Assembly: GCA_041639695.1 (NCBI GenBank)
Contig: JBEQBQ010000006.1
Span: 1 to 60,687 of the forward strand
Direction of reading: 5' to 3'
Length of the DNA: 60,687 nucleotides
Source: Candidatus Nanohaloarchaea archaeon
GTDB lineage: Archaea; Nanohalarchaeota; Nanosalinia; Nanosalinales; Nanosalinaceae
Position 1 is the first letter of the stretch, and each line of letters starts with the position of its first letter. The notes beneath the pieces are model-generated. The model was given only the letters and a program-made list of their open reading frames with translations. It was not told the DNA's origin and ran no database searches. Below are positions 47,654 through 57,223 of this stretch, piece by piece. The translations under genes and the position numbers were made by a program.

Positions 47654-48655
47654 ATGTCCGAACAAGAAAACCAGGAGCGGGAACAGTACAACTATGAAAG
47701 CCTTGATGAAATTCTTGAGGAAGTCAAGCAGGAAGACTATGAAAAGTTAGGGCTTCAGGGCCCTGACGGTATCAAGCCCGAACTAATTGAGATAGCTGAT
47801 GAGTTGAGAGAACACGATATTGAGCCGGTCATGGTCGGTGCATCCACTTTTGGGGCCTGCGGGATCGCCAATAAGAAGGTTGAAAGGATGGGTGCTGATG
47901 CTCTGATTCACGTCGGACACACAAGATTTCTTCACCCTGAAAAAGCCGACATGAAGGACTTTGATGTATACTACCTTCCTTACAGGGAGGATAGGGACAT
48001 AATGGGTGTTCTCGAGGAACATTATGAGGAAATTGAAGCTGACACGGTTGGACTTGTCGGCGTTACACAGTATATGGACCGTGCGGATAAAGCAAGAGAG
48101 TTCCTTAGAGACAAAGGTTTCGAAGTAGTTGAGGGCAAGACAGGTCTTAGGACAACAGAACCCGGACAGGTTCTAGGCTGTGATGCCGGAGCTGCACATA
48201 ATATTGCGCATAAAGTTGATGCTTTTGTTTTTCTAGGTTCTGGACATTTCCATCCTTCACAGGTCTCCGAAACAGGGAAAGATGTTTACGTGGTTGATCC
48301 TTACGAGAAGCATATCTGGGTCGAGCCCGCAAATAGTCTTGGGGACGAGATGCAGGCTGAAATTGCCCGTGTGATGAAGCATAAGGACAAGAAGAAGTGG
48401 GGTATCGTAACCTCGAGTAAGAAAGGACAGAACTATATGAGAGCTGTCGAGATAGCGAAGGAAAAGCTTGAAGCTCATGGGAAAGATGTGTACGTTTTTG
48501 TCGAAGATAGAATTTTCGAAGCCGATTACAAAGGATACGGTATTGATATCTACGTTAACTGTGCTTGTCCGAGGATGACGAAGGACTGGCAGGATCTTGC
48601 TTTCGTGTCTCCGAAGGCTTTAGACACGCTGGATGAAGTCGAGGAAATGGAATAA
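47654..48655 (+). CDS. dph2: diphthamide biosynthesis radical-SAM enzyme Dph2
   Basis: LQGPDGIK, FGAC, HVGH, GQVLGCD, GSGHFH, KKGQ, ACPR. Confidence 0.93.
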   Translation: MSEQENQEREQYNYESLDEILEEVKQEDYEKLGLQGPDGIKPELIEIADELREHDIEPVMVGASTFGACGIANKKVERMGADALIHVGHTRFLHPEKADMKDFDVYYLPYREDRDIMGVLEEHYEEIEADTVGLVGVTQYMDRADKAREFLRDKGFEVVEGKTGLRTTEPGQVLGCDAGAAHNIAHKVDAFVFLGSGHFHPSQVSETGKDVYVVDPYEKHIWVEPANSLGDEMQAEIARVMKHKDKKKWGIVTSSKKGQNYMRAVEIAKEKLEAHGKDVYVFVEDRIFEADYKGYGIDIYVNCACPRMTKDWQDLAFVSPKALDTLDEVEEME

Positions 48656-48691
48656 TCTATAAGAATTTATTGTTCGATAGTACCTACATTA

Positions 48692-49426
48692 ATGTATCTA
48701 GAAAGGGTCGTGGAGACGGATGATGAGTTCTTGGTTGAAGATCTCAAAGGCGTGTATGAACAACTAGAAGTTATGGAAGGCGAGAACAAAGTAGTTTTCA
48801 GCTCTTTTAGAGATAGCGTGTTTAAAGCGACTCTTCACGAACCCTCGGAATATAATGTGTTTGAAGAAGCTGAAAAAACCAAGGATATTGATCCTCTGCC
48901 TTGGACCTACACCTTAGGGACGATTGAAGTACCGGATGAAGACGAGGAGTTGGCTATATTCAAACAAGAGATGGCCGATAAAAATCATAGTGAGGTCCTG
49001 GAGGAGTATGGTTGGAGAAAAACCCTTCAAGCAACAACTGCCATGTTCGACAGGTTATTGGATCATGGATTTGCTTACAGGGACTCGAAACCTGAGAATA
49101 TTGGATTCTTCGAAGAAGACGGTTTCTGGGTTCCAAAACCTATTGATTTCCTTGACAAGGTCGGGTATATTATGTACGAAGGCAGAATGAGCGAGGATGA
49201 ACTATATTTCTTAGGTGAAGATGTGGTTTCCCAGTTTCAGCACTACCTAGAGGGTTCGACTAAGGAAGACGGTTTGATCGATCTTGTTGACGCAGATCAT
49301 GAAGATGCTGATGAAATGTTGCGTGCTCTGACCGAAAATTCTAGGTATATGAAGGAGACAGGTGTTGTTGAAGGTAGCGTCAATAGAATAAGAGGAACTT
49401 TAAACGAAGCGGTCGTAATTAAATAA
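48692..49426 (+). CDS. protein-kinase-like fold protein
   Basis: EGENKVVF..VFK, FKQE hinge, YRDSKPENIG catalytic loop, PIDF. Confidence 0.7.
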   Translation: MYLERVVETDDEFLVEDLKGVYEQLEVMEGENKVVFSSFRDSVFKATLHEPSEYNVFEEAEKTKDIDPLPWTYTLGTIEVPDEDEELAIFKQEMADKNHSEVLEEYGWRKTLQATTAMFDRLLDHGFAYRDSKPENIGFFEEDGFWVPKPIDFLDKVGYIMYEGRMSEDELYFLGEDVVSQFQHYLEGSTKEDGLIDLVDADHEDADEMLRALTENSRYMKETGVVEGSVNRIRGTLNEAVVIK

Positions 49427-49490
49427 TTGAGTTAGTAATTTTTCACCGGTTAATAATAAATTAATTCTTGTTATATTACTGAATAGGACG

Positions 49491-50825
49491 ATGGGGGATC
49501 GACCGTCAAAGATATTAGAGGGGGAAGCTGAATCATTCGCTGGTATTGAAGATGAAAGTATACCTCTTGAACCGAAGACCTTAGGCAGTCATCCATCAAA
49601 GACTTTGTTGTCTGAAGCCGAATTGTTTACAGATATCGGGAGAAAAGGTATTGAGCCGCCAGAGATGTCAGAGGGAGTCCTCATCAAGACTAGAAATGGA
49701 GAATTCTATTTCGAAGAAGATCCTGTTCTCTTTGCTGAGTCGGCTTCGATGGCTGGAGGATTTCTGCCGGACGAATATGGAGATTACGATTCTTCTGCAA
49801 TCAGAGGGTTTCTTTCGGTTGCAGATATTGACATAGACGAGGTCTATATAGGAGCAAAGGACGGCTCAGCTGATGCTGAGAAAACGCATATGATTGTTGA
49901 GGATAGGTTCGTTGGGAATGTGGAGCCGCAGACAGCGCTTCTCTACGGATTTAACTCTGAGGCACAGTTGTCAATAGATGATAAACTTCTCATGGGTGCA
50001 TCCGAAGTTAATAACGAGTATCCGAACCTGACAGCGTGGAACGGCCTTGAATCGGATGAAAGAAACTGGGTGAATCTAGAAGACTCTGGAGCTGAAAACG
50101 ATTATGGATTAACAGAGTGGAACGAAGCCGAAACTGGTGTAGGTCAAAAAAGCCAACAGAATCTAGAGACAAGCAATACTTTTAAGCTGGATGGCGGGTC
50201 TAATGCTAAGATAAACTCTTACGGTACTAAGTCTTTGAGGTTGGGTTCAGAAACTGAACATGTTCCGGGGTACGAGGTTCAAGTTGGGTCGAGTGAGGCT
50301 TTTGTGTCCGAAGATCCTCTTAGCAAACAGTTGAGTTCGAAAGCTCATAGACGGTTTAAGGGAGCTGATACAGAGATAAAACAGAAGGATAATACTTCGC
50401 TTCCGGCTTTCTTGATAGAACAGTTTGATTTGGATGTGACTCCGGTTGTTGAGTTATCCAAGGCGAAATTTAGTTATGGGGATGTTGAGGCGGAAGTGGA
50501 TGAACTTAGGGCTCCTGTAGGATTACATTTGAGAAACTCGGAAGGTGAGGCAGTTAGTATTCCGTTTTCTGATAGGACTAATGAGGGTACGGGATGGCCT
50601 TATTCTGGAAGGGCATCACAGTTCCTTACCTGGTTTGATTCTGATGCAGAAGTGAGGCTTAGGGACGATTATACGTTAGATCCTGGTCTTGAGAATCTTC
50701 TTCAGGACAGAGAGGCTTCGATGTATATGAAAGAGGACGGAGATCTAGGCAGAGTTGAGGCAGATATTTCTACTGCATATGAGAGACGTACCTTAGAAGA
50801 TGACTTCGATGGAATGTACAGATAA
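49491..50825 (+). CDS. large acidic hypothetical protein with short internal repeats
   Basis: 444-aa ORF. Confidence 0.7.
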   Translation: MGDRPSKILEGEAESFAGIEDESIPLEPKTLGSHPSKTLLSEAELFTDIGRKGIEPPEMSEGVLIKTRNGEFYFEEDPVLFAESASMAGGFLPDEYGDYDSSAIRGFLSVADIDIDEVYIGAKDGSADAEKTHMIVEDRFVGNVEPQTALLYGFNSEAQLSIDDKLLMGASEVNNEYPNLTAWNGLESDERNWVNLEDSGAENDYGLTEWNEAETGVGQKSQQNLETSNTFKLDGGSNAKINSYGTKSLRLGSETEHVPGYEVQVGSSEAFVSEDPLSKQLSSKAHRRFKGADTEIKQKDNTSLPAFLIEQFDLDVTPVVELSKAKFSYGDVEAEVDELRAPVGLHLRNSEGEAVSIPFSDRTNEGTGWPYSGRASQFLTWFDSDAEVRLRDDYTLDPGLENLLQDREASMYMKEDGDLGRVEADISTAYERRTLEDDFDGMYR

Positions 50826-50886
50826 ACGGCCGTGTTATTACCAAATGTTAATAAATCTTTTTCTAATTATGTAGTGTTGTATAACT

Positions 50887-52104
50887 ATGGCAAATGACGA
50901 AGATGGAAGTAATGGCATCGCAGGCCACTCGGGACTCGACCCAGAGGTAACCGATGCCAGAAGAGCCGAAGAATGGGCGGAAAACTTTGAAGGTGTTGAA
51001 GAAGCAAAGGAAGAGGTAAATACTGCCAAAGCAGACGTCGCATCTGCTATGCAGTCCGAATCTGGACCTCAATCGGCCGATATAGGGCCTTCAATAGATG
51101 AAACACCGGAAAGAAATCCCGGGATCCATACAATAGATTCAGTAACGGTAGAAAAAGAATCTGAGAGCTCTAATCCCGACATACCATATGACTTGGATGT
51201 CATGGATCGTGTTGGAGAAGCTCTAGGATCAGTAGCGCTACATAAGGGGGGTAATAGAGCAGAGATATTCGACGATATAGCAGGGACTGTAGAGGAAGTA
51301 GATGGTCACGACGAACTTGTCAATAAGCTTAGTGAAGACTACAGTTCGGGAAGAATTGACCGAATGATTGGAGAAGAAGGTGTCTTGAGAGACTCTGAAG
51401 TCTATTCAGGAGACGGAAATCTTACGGCTCTAGGAGAGGATGTCTCGTCGATGATAAGTGATGTAGAACACTACTTCCAGGGCCTCTACGGAGAGACTGT
51501 AGATGAGTTCAACTTCGATAACTCGATTGAATCAGCTTCAATAAACCTCTCGGAAGAAATCGCTGGACCCGTAAATGTTCCGGTAAAGGTTGGAAAAGGC
51601 CAGGAAATGGAAGACTGGGTGAATCAGGCTAAGGCTGCCGCAGTCACAGGAATCTCTAAGAAAGGCAGCGAAGGTTCAAACAGATTGCTCGCCTTGATGA
51701 ACTATGTTGAAGACTTCGGTATAGACAACGAGAAGATGGCTGAAGAACTCGGATATGGAAGCGCAGCATCTTTAAGCGCCACTATGTCTGCACTAAAGGC
51801 TGATCGATCGGGCCAAGGGGGATATCTAGACACTGATGGAGAGATTACGAAGTTCGGTGATTTCATGGTCAGTAAGGCTCTTGAGCTCTATGAAAGTGAA
51901 AAGGCCAGAGTGGACAAACAGAGTAGGGCTGAACGGTTGATGGAACATACTGATTATATGGATGTTTCGGAGATCGATAGGAGGAAGGCAGAAGAGGTAG
52001 ATGAAGCTATCCTAGGCCTTGAGCCGAGTGACGTTGATGGATTTGTCGATTCACTAGGCACATCTGATCTCGTTAGAATGTACTCTGAAGAAGCAGAGTA
52101 TTAG
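50887..52104 (+). CDS. hypothetical protein with winged-helix-like segments
   Basis: EKMAEELGYGSAASLSATMSALK...GYLD..GEITKFG and an earlier GNLTALGEDV wing. Confidence 0.65.
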   Translation: MANDEDGSNGIAGHSGLDPEVTDARRAEEWAENFEGVEEAKEEVNTAKADVASAMQSESGPQSADIGPSIDETPERNPGIHTIDSVTVEKESESSNPDIPYDLDVMDRVGEALGSVALHKGGNRAEIFDDIAGTVEEVDGHDELVNKLSEDYSSGRIDRMIGEEGVLRDSEVYSGDGNLTALGEDVSSMISDVEHYFQGLYGETVDEFNFDNSIESASINLSEEIAGPVNVPVKVGKGQEMEDWVNQAKAAAVTGISKKGSEGSNRLLALMNYVEDFGIDNEKMAEELGYGSAASLSATMSALKADRSGQGGYLDTDGEITKFGDFMVSKALELYESEKARVDKQSRAERLMEHTDYMDVSEIDRRKAEEVDEAILGLEPSDVDGFVDSLGTSDLVRMYSEEAEY

Positions 52105-52186
52105 CCCATCTTTTTTCTTATTTATCTAACTGAGTTGTTGCTGGTTAGCCAAAACTTTTATATTGTTACGACCATAAGGTAACACT

Positions 52187-53152
52187 ATGCCTTCTGCAAA
52201 ACAGAGAAAAGCCGATCATGACAGCTGGTTAATGAACCAGCACTTTGTCGAATCCGGATTAGACCAATTATTTGAGGAAGCCAAACAGGAATACGGTGAG
52301 AATTTCGAAAAACTAGACAACAACTTCCCGAAGCCAGGAGATGAAACAACAGCCCATAACCAGTTCCGAACCCTTTGTGCTAGCATGGGCCTAACTACTG
52401 AACTTGAAGAAGCAGATATAGAGCATACAGAGATGGGAGGATGGACTATCTTTGCACGTTTGTATGAAACAGTGGAGGAATATACGGACCGAAACGGTAT
52501 TGAAGTATTTGAAAGTTGGAGAGGTACTGATGACACTGACAAATACCTAAAGGCCGAACAGTTTGAAGACTACAGCTCGGTCATCAGAGAACTTGAATCC
52601 AAAGGTCCTTATCAAGAAAGCACCTTTCGTGAATCTAGAACGGATAACCATCAAAACAAGAAGAAGTTTACGGGAACTCTCAACGGCAGTCAGTCCAGTC
52701 CAACTGAAAGCGTTAAAATCGACGTTGTCGAGCCTGAAAGAAGAGAGGATGAGATCTTCGACTTTGAAAACCTGGATTCTGTCGCTATAGGAGATACTGA
52801 ACTTCCAATTCCTAGTATAGAACAGCAGATAAGTTCAAAATTGGATGCTTACAACAGCGCTCCTGAGAAGAGACCTCACGATCTCCAGGATATAGAAAAC
52901 CTTATCTACGCAGCAGAAAAACGTTACGAGGCCGGAGAAATGGAATTCAGCCCCGATAATCTCTACAAATCTGTTGCAGATCAAGGTCCACAGAACCAGC
53001 TTCAAAACTGTCTAGGGCGTGAAATTCGGGGAATGGGGGATATGCTAGATGCTGCTGTTGATAGAATAAGGTCTAGTTTTGCCCAGAGAAAATCTTCAAA
53101 CAGTTACACTCCAAGCGGAGAATATCTTAATAGTTTGGCGAGAAACAGGTGA
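52187..53152 (+). CDS. AbiEii/MenT-like nucleotidyltransferase
   Basis: MGGW, RGTDDTD, KIDVV, IPSIEQQISSKL, KRPHDLQDI. Confidence 0.7.
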   Translation: MPSAKQRKADHDSWLMNQHFVESGLDQLFEEAKQEYGENFEKLDNNFPKPGDETTAHNQFRTLCASMGLTTELEEADIEHTEMGGWTIFARLYETVEEYTDRNGIEVFESWRGTDDTDKYLKAEQFEDYSSVIRELESKGPYQESTFRESRTDNHQNKKKFTGTLNGSQSSPTESVKIDVVEPERREDEIFDFENLDSVAIGDTELPIPSIEQQISSKLDAYNSAPEKRPHDLQDIENLIYAAEKRYEAGEMEFSPDNLYKSVADQGPQNQLQNCLGREIRGMGDMLDAAVDRIRSSFAQRKSSNSYTPSGEYLNSLARNR

Positions 53153-53592
53153 GTATGATGCAGGACTTTGAAACCTATAAAGTAGACTGGGAAGAACTTC
53201 CATCAGGAGTAAAGAACCAGCTCAAGCTTTCTGGTTCCGCTGCAGTAGATTACTTAATGACGGGTGATCCGGATCTGCTTGAAGATCGGGATAGTATACT
53301 GGCTTATGCAGACACGCCAGTAGATGAAGGAATGCTTTCTGAAGGAGAACAGGAACTACATGTAATCTACGAAGAGGTGAATGCGGTTAAGTGTCCGGAA
53401 GTTCAGGTTGCAGAGCCTGAAGTGATAATTGACGACTATTTAGAGGCAGAACCCCGGATCTTTACTGACCGTGTGAGACATGAACAAGAGTTCCGCGATT
53501 TTCTTTCTGCAAATCTACCCAAATCTAAACTTAATGAGGTCGAAAGCATCTATAATAAGAATGAGTACATGGATTTCGAAGTTGAACTCTAA
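53149..53592 (+). CDS. AbiEi C-terminal-domain-like partner protein
   Basis: LSGSAAVDYL, ILAY, VAEPEVIIDDYL; GTGA overlap with the NTase gene. Confidence 0.5.
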   Translation: MSMMQDFETYKVDWEELPSGVKNQLKLSGSAAVDYLMTGDPDLLEDRDSILAYADTPVDEGMLSEGEQELHVIYEEVNAVKCPEVQVAEPEVIIDDYLEAEPRIFTDRVRHEQEFRDFLSANLPKSKLNEVESIYNKNEYMDFEVEL

Positions 53593-54776
53593 TCCCAGTA
53601 GCTCTTCTCAAGTAAACTCTCTCTGTCCTCTACTTCCTCTTTATCCTTGATCATACGCTTTAACTCTTCTTGACCTCTTGTGTACCCAATCAAAACAGCT
53701 CCTACCAGTCTATCTTCCTCGAAGAAAAGCCTTCTGTAATGATTTTCTTCGTCGTAGTTTTTCGAGATTGGTTCGCCGGTCCAGTCGCCGATTGCTAGGA
53801 ACTGTGCCTGGAAATGTCCTACGCCATAGGTGTTTACGAAGTTGAACTCTTCTTTTTCTCCCGCCATGTTCTTTCCTGCGGTTCTTCCCATCGCCTCGGA
53901 ATGATCCCATGAACCGTTAAAGTTACGTTTTTCGAACACAGGAGAGTGGTATTCGACCATGTTTCCTGCTGCGTAAACATTCTCTATAGATGTCTCTAGT
54001 TGTTCGTCTGTTTTCAACATTCCTGCGTTGTTTTTATCCGCGTTTAGAATGTCGGAGTTAGGTGTTTGGCCGATCGCAACTGCTATGGTGTCGCAGTCAA
54101 ATTTTTCGCCGTTTTTGTCTATTACTCTGCTAATATTGCCATTCTCTGATTCTAATTCTTTGACTTCGGAGTTGTTTACAATATTAACTCCTTTCTCTTC
54201 TAGCTTCCTGTGGATGATCTCCGCACCTTCCTGGTCGAGTCCACGCTGCCACCAGTTATCTCCCCTGATAAGGTAGTGTGTTTCTGTATCATTTTCTGCG
54301 AAGGCGACAGCAAGATCGATTCCAAGGAGTCCTCCGCCTACAACTAAAGCTTCGTCCGAGTCTTCTGCAGCAGCTTTAATCCTTTCAGCATCATCCATCG
54401 TCCACATGTAGTAAAGGTTGTCAAAGTCGTTGTCCTGAGGAAGTTTCCTAGATGAGCCACCTGTCGCAACCAGTAGTCTGTCATAGTCGTACCGGTCCCC
54501 GTTCTCGGTTTCCACCTCTTTGTCCTCGGGCAGAACTTCTTCGATCTTGGTCTCTAGATGTAGCTGGATGTCTCTCTTGTCGTACCAGTTTTCATCGTGC
54601 AGACGGGTGTACTGTTTGGGCAAACTTCCCTTCATGTAGGTCTTCAGCATGATTCTATTGTAAAGAGGCTCCGTTTCATCGGTGAAGATATGGATTTCTG
54701 CATCTTCGTCCTTCTTTCTTATCTCCTCCGCTGCTGTGGCTCCGGCTACACCGTCTCCAACTATTATGTGTTTCAT
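53589..54776 (-). CDS. FAD/NAD(P)-dependent oxidoreductase (rubredoxin/ferredoxin reductase-like)
   Basis: IVGDGVAG, LLVATG, VVGGGLLG, TSIENVYAAGN. Confidence 0.9.
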   Translation of the reverse strand: MKHIIVGDGVAGATAAEEIRKKDEDAEIHIFTDETEPLYNRIMLKTYMKGSLPKQYTRLHDENWYDKRDIQLHLETKIEEVLPEDKEVETENGDRYDYDRLLVATGGSSRKLPQDNDFDNLYYMWTMDDAERIKAAAEDSDEALVVGGGLLGIDLAVAFAENDTETHYLIRGDNWWQRGLDQEGAEIIHRKLEEKGVNIVNNSEVKELESENGNISRVIDKNGEKFDCDTIAVAIGQTPNSDILNADKNNAGMLKTDEQLETSIENVYAAGNMVEYHSPVFEKRNFNGSWDHSEAMGRTAGKNMAGEKEEFNFVNTYGVGHFQAQFLAIGDWTGEPISKNYDEENHYRRLFFEEDRLVGAVLIGYTRGQEELKRMIKDKEEVEDRESLLEKSYWD

Positions 54777-54870
54777 GTCAGAAGTTTCGGAACTAAAGAT
54801 TATAACTCCCTGCAAAAGGTATACTCCAATATATAAATCCTATTTAGTTCATTTTAATTGATTCAAGTTT

Positions 54871-55689
54871 ATGGCTTCATCTACTCCTATGTTGGTTAAC
54901 GGGAGCAACTCTGGAAATCTGGAAAACGCCGAAGAGATTCTTGATCTAAACTTCATACAGACAGAGGATGAATGGGAGCCAAATCACCTAGAAGGTGCGG
55001 AAAAAGTAGAGGAGAATATTGAGAAATACAGGAAAAACGTTATTGAAGAAGACTCAACAAAACACGACGGCGAACTACCCTTCATAAAACATATAGAAAG
55101 GTATAGCGGCCATATGGACGTATACCTTGGTAAAACCACCTTTTCGGAATACATGCACGCTGTGCAGTCACCTACAGTTGTGGGAAGAACTGTTACCTCT
55201 GATAACAAACTTCTAATGGGTGTAAGAGGAGAAGATGTCTCAAGCGAAAACGGCAAAACAGCTTTCCCCGGGGGATTTATCGATATATATGAGGAGCCTC
55301 TTGAAGCAGTAAGAAGAGAGGTTGCGGAAGAGATATCGCCTGAAATTGATATAGAGTCTACAGAACTACTGGGATTTGTTTATCCTGATGTCAATCAAAC
55401 CGATGGGACTTTGGTGGAGGATCCTCAGCCACCTGTCTTCATGTATGATGTCTTCATCGACCAGGATATGCAACAAGTCAGAAAGGCATACACGGGAGAC
55501 GAATTTGAAGAACTTGAATTTATCGAACCGGCTGAACCCGTAGAATCCGGAAAATTCTCGCCCAACAGTCGAAGAACTATGAAAGCAGGCAGATATGGTA
55601 TAGCAACACAGCCACAGGAACCGCTCGAAGCATCACGGACTGGCTGGAGATCAAGCCTCAAGGCCGTAGGAAACTATCTCGCACCATAA
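54871..55689 (+). CDS. NUDIX hydrolase
   Basis: FPGGFID..EEPLEAVRREVAEE Nudix box. Confidence 0.85.
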   Translation: MASSTPMLVNGSNSGNLENAEEILDLNFIQTEDEWEPNHLEGAEKVEENIEKYRKNVIEEDSTKHDGELPFIKHIERYSGHMDVYLGKTTFSEYMHAVQSPTVVGRTVTSDNKLLMGVRGEDVSSENGKTAFPGGFIDIYEEPLEAVRREVAEEISPEIDIESTELLGFVYPDVNQTDGTLVEDPQPPVFMYDVFIDQDMQQVRKAYTGDEFEELEFIEPAEPVESGKFSPNSRRTMKAGRYGIATQPQEPLEASRTGWRSSLKAVGNYLAP

Positions 55690-55727
55690 CCTCTGGTTTT
55701 TAAACCGATTTCACTAAAGAATTCTCT

Positions 55728-56492
55728 GTGATATTAGAGCTTTTTCTTATTTGCTCTGCTGTATTGGCGGGCGGCTTAATGAAAGGTTTGAACGGCTTTG
55801 GATATGCCGTGATTGCAACATCCATTCTTTCGTTCTTTTTGCCGGCTTCAGAAGCCGTTGTAGTAGCTATAATTCCTTTAATGGCAGCACAGATCGATTT
55901 GGTTTTCGAACTAGATTCTTCATCCTTCAAGAGGTGTTTCAAGCGTTTTTATCCTTATGTCTTCTCTGCTATGGCAGGGACATTTCTGGGCGTCCTTATG
56001 CTCGACATGGTGCCGGAAAGATTTATTGCAACAGGTCTTGGAGTTTTCATAATTTTGTTCAGTGTTTCAAGAACCGGTTACGGCAATAAGATCTCTGAAA
56101 TAATATCGGACAAATGTTTCGAGGAAAAAACCATTTTTAAGACAGCTCTAGGATTTATTTCGGGCCTGATTTTTGGCTCGACTAATATAGGTGTTCAGGT
56201 GGTCGCATACCTTGAATCGCTCGAACTTGATAGAGAACTATTTATTGGCGTTCTCGCCATGATCTTCCTGTTTATCTCCGGTCTTAGAGTAGTCATGTCG
56301 TTTACTTTAGGTTTATACAGTTCGGGCAACATGCTCATGATATCAGCACTAGCAGCACTACCCGGGTTAGCAGGTATTGCTATAGGACAGAGAATAGCCG
56401 ACTTTATTCAGGAAGGCCGACTTGAGAAAATAACTTTGTTGATGCTTTTCCTGATTGGATTACGTCTATTATCCAAAGCATTTATTGGTTAA
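55728..56492 (+). CDS. TauE/SafE (TSUP) family transporter
   Basis: AGGLMKGLNGFG; repeated GFISGLIFG; about 8 TM. Confidence 0.85.
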   Translation: MILELFLICSAVLAGGLMKGLNGFGYAVIATSILSFFLPASEAVVVAIIPLMAAQIDLVFELDSSSFKRCFKRFYPYVFSAMAGTFLGVLMLDMVPERFIATGLGVFIILFSVSRTGYGNKISEIISDKCFEEKTIFKTALGFISGLIFGSTNIGVQVVAYLESLELDRELFIGVLAMIFLFISGLRVVMSFTLGLYSSGNMLMISALAALPGLAGIAIGQRIADFIQEGRLEKITLLMLFLIGLRLLSKAFIG

Positions 56493-56508
56493 ACCAATCG
56501 TGTTATCT

Positions 56509-57024
56509 ATGAATCCTTTAAATGGAAATGTTGGAAAGGTTGATGAGGCCGCAGAACTACTGGAAGAGAACGGGTATACTGTAGATAACACCTGGGCTTT
56601 TCTAGAAAGAAGGAACGAACATCCTGTATACGGAGAGACAGCAACCGAAGCAGTCCAGGGACTTCTCGAGGACGATGATACATCCTTCTCGATAAACATG
56701 GATGTCTATCCGGATGGCGTCACAGACAGAAAAGGCGAGGTCAAAATCTCTTATTCTCCGGAAAAGGACTACTTCAGCGTTCAGAGCGTAAGACCTTCCA
56801 ACGAAGTTGAAGACACTCAAGGACTCAAACATCTTGCACAAACAAGTCCGGAACAACTAGGATCAGAAAATAACAGGATCATACTCAACCAAATTCCTGA
56901 AGATGCAATATTCGAGATGGACCGTGTAGACGCAGCAGTAGAAAGACTGTTAACGGACGCAGGATACAGAGTCCAAGTCGGTAACAACTACGTAGACAAC
57001 CCGGCTGTCAAAGAGTTTCCATAG
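56509..57024 (+). CDS. hypothetical acidic protein
   Basis: ATG at 56509 after tauE. Confidence 0.6.
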   Translation: MNPLNGNVGKVDEAAELLEENGYTVDNTWAFLERRNEHPVYGETATEAVQGLLEDDDTSFSINMDVYPDGVTDRKGEVKISYSPEKDYFSVQSVRPSNEVEDTQGLKHLAQTSPEQLGSENNRIILNQIPEDAIFEMDRVDAAVERLLTDAGYRVQVGNNYVDNPAVKEFP

Positions 57025-57091
57025 TATTCGCTCAAAAACCGGGGTTCGATATGGTTTAAAAGAATTTACGTTTAATCCAACGATACAGGAT

Positions 57092-57198
57092 GCGGAGCTA
57101 GTGTAGTCTGGCCCATCATACCACCCTGTCATCCACTGAAAACTCTGTTTTTGGTGGACGGAGCGGTGGTAACGCGGGTTCAAATCCCGCGCTCCGCG
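57092..57198 (+). tRNA. tRNA-Asp(GTC) with 32-nt intron at 37/38 (57132-57163)
   Basis: GCGGAGC/GCTCCGC acceptor stem, G73, CCACC-CT-GTC-A|intron|C-GGTGG; BHB helix CUGU:ACGG with 3-nt bulges; TTTAAA upstream. Confidence 0.93.
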
Positions 57199-57223
57199 TT
57201 CCAACGTTTTCTCGAGACTTCCT

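Noticed and set aside
57036-57058. CCGGGGTTCGAT resembling a tRNA T-arm or att-site remnant upstream of tRNA-Asp
   Set aside because: No complementary 3' T-stem or acceptor sequence; it overlaps the promoter region
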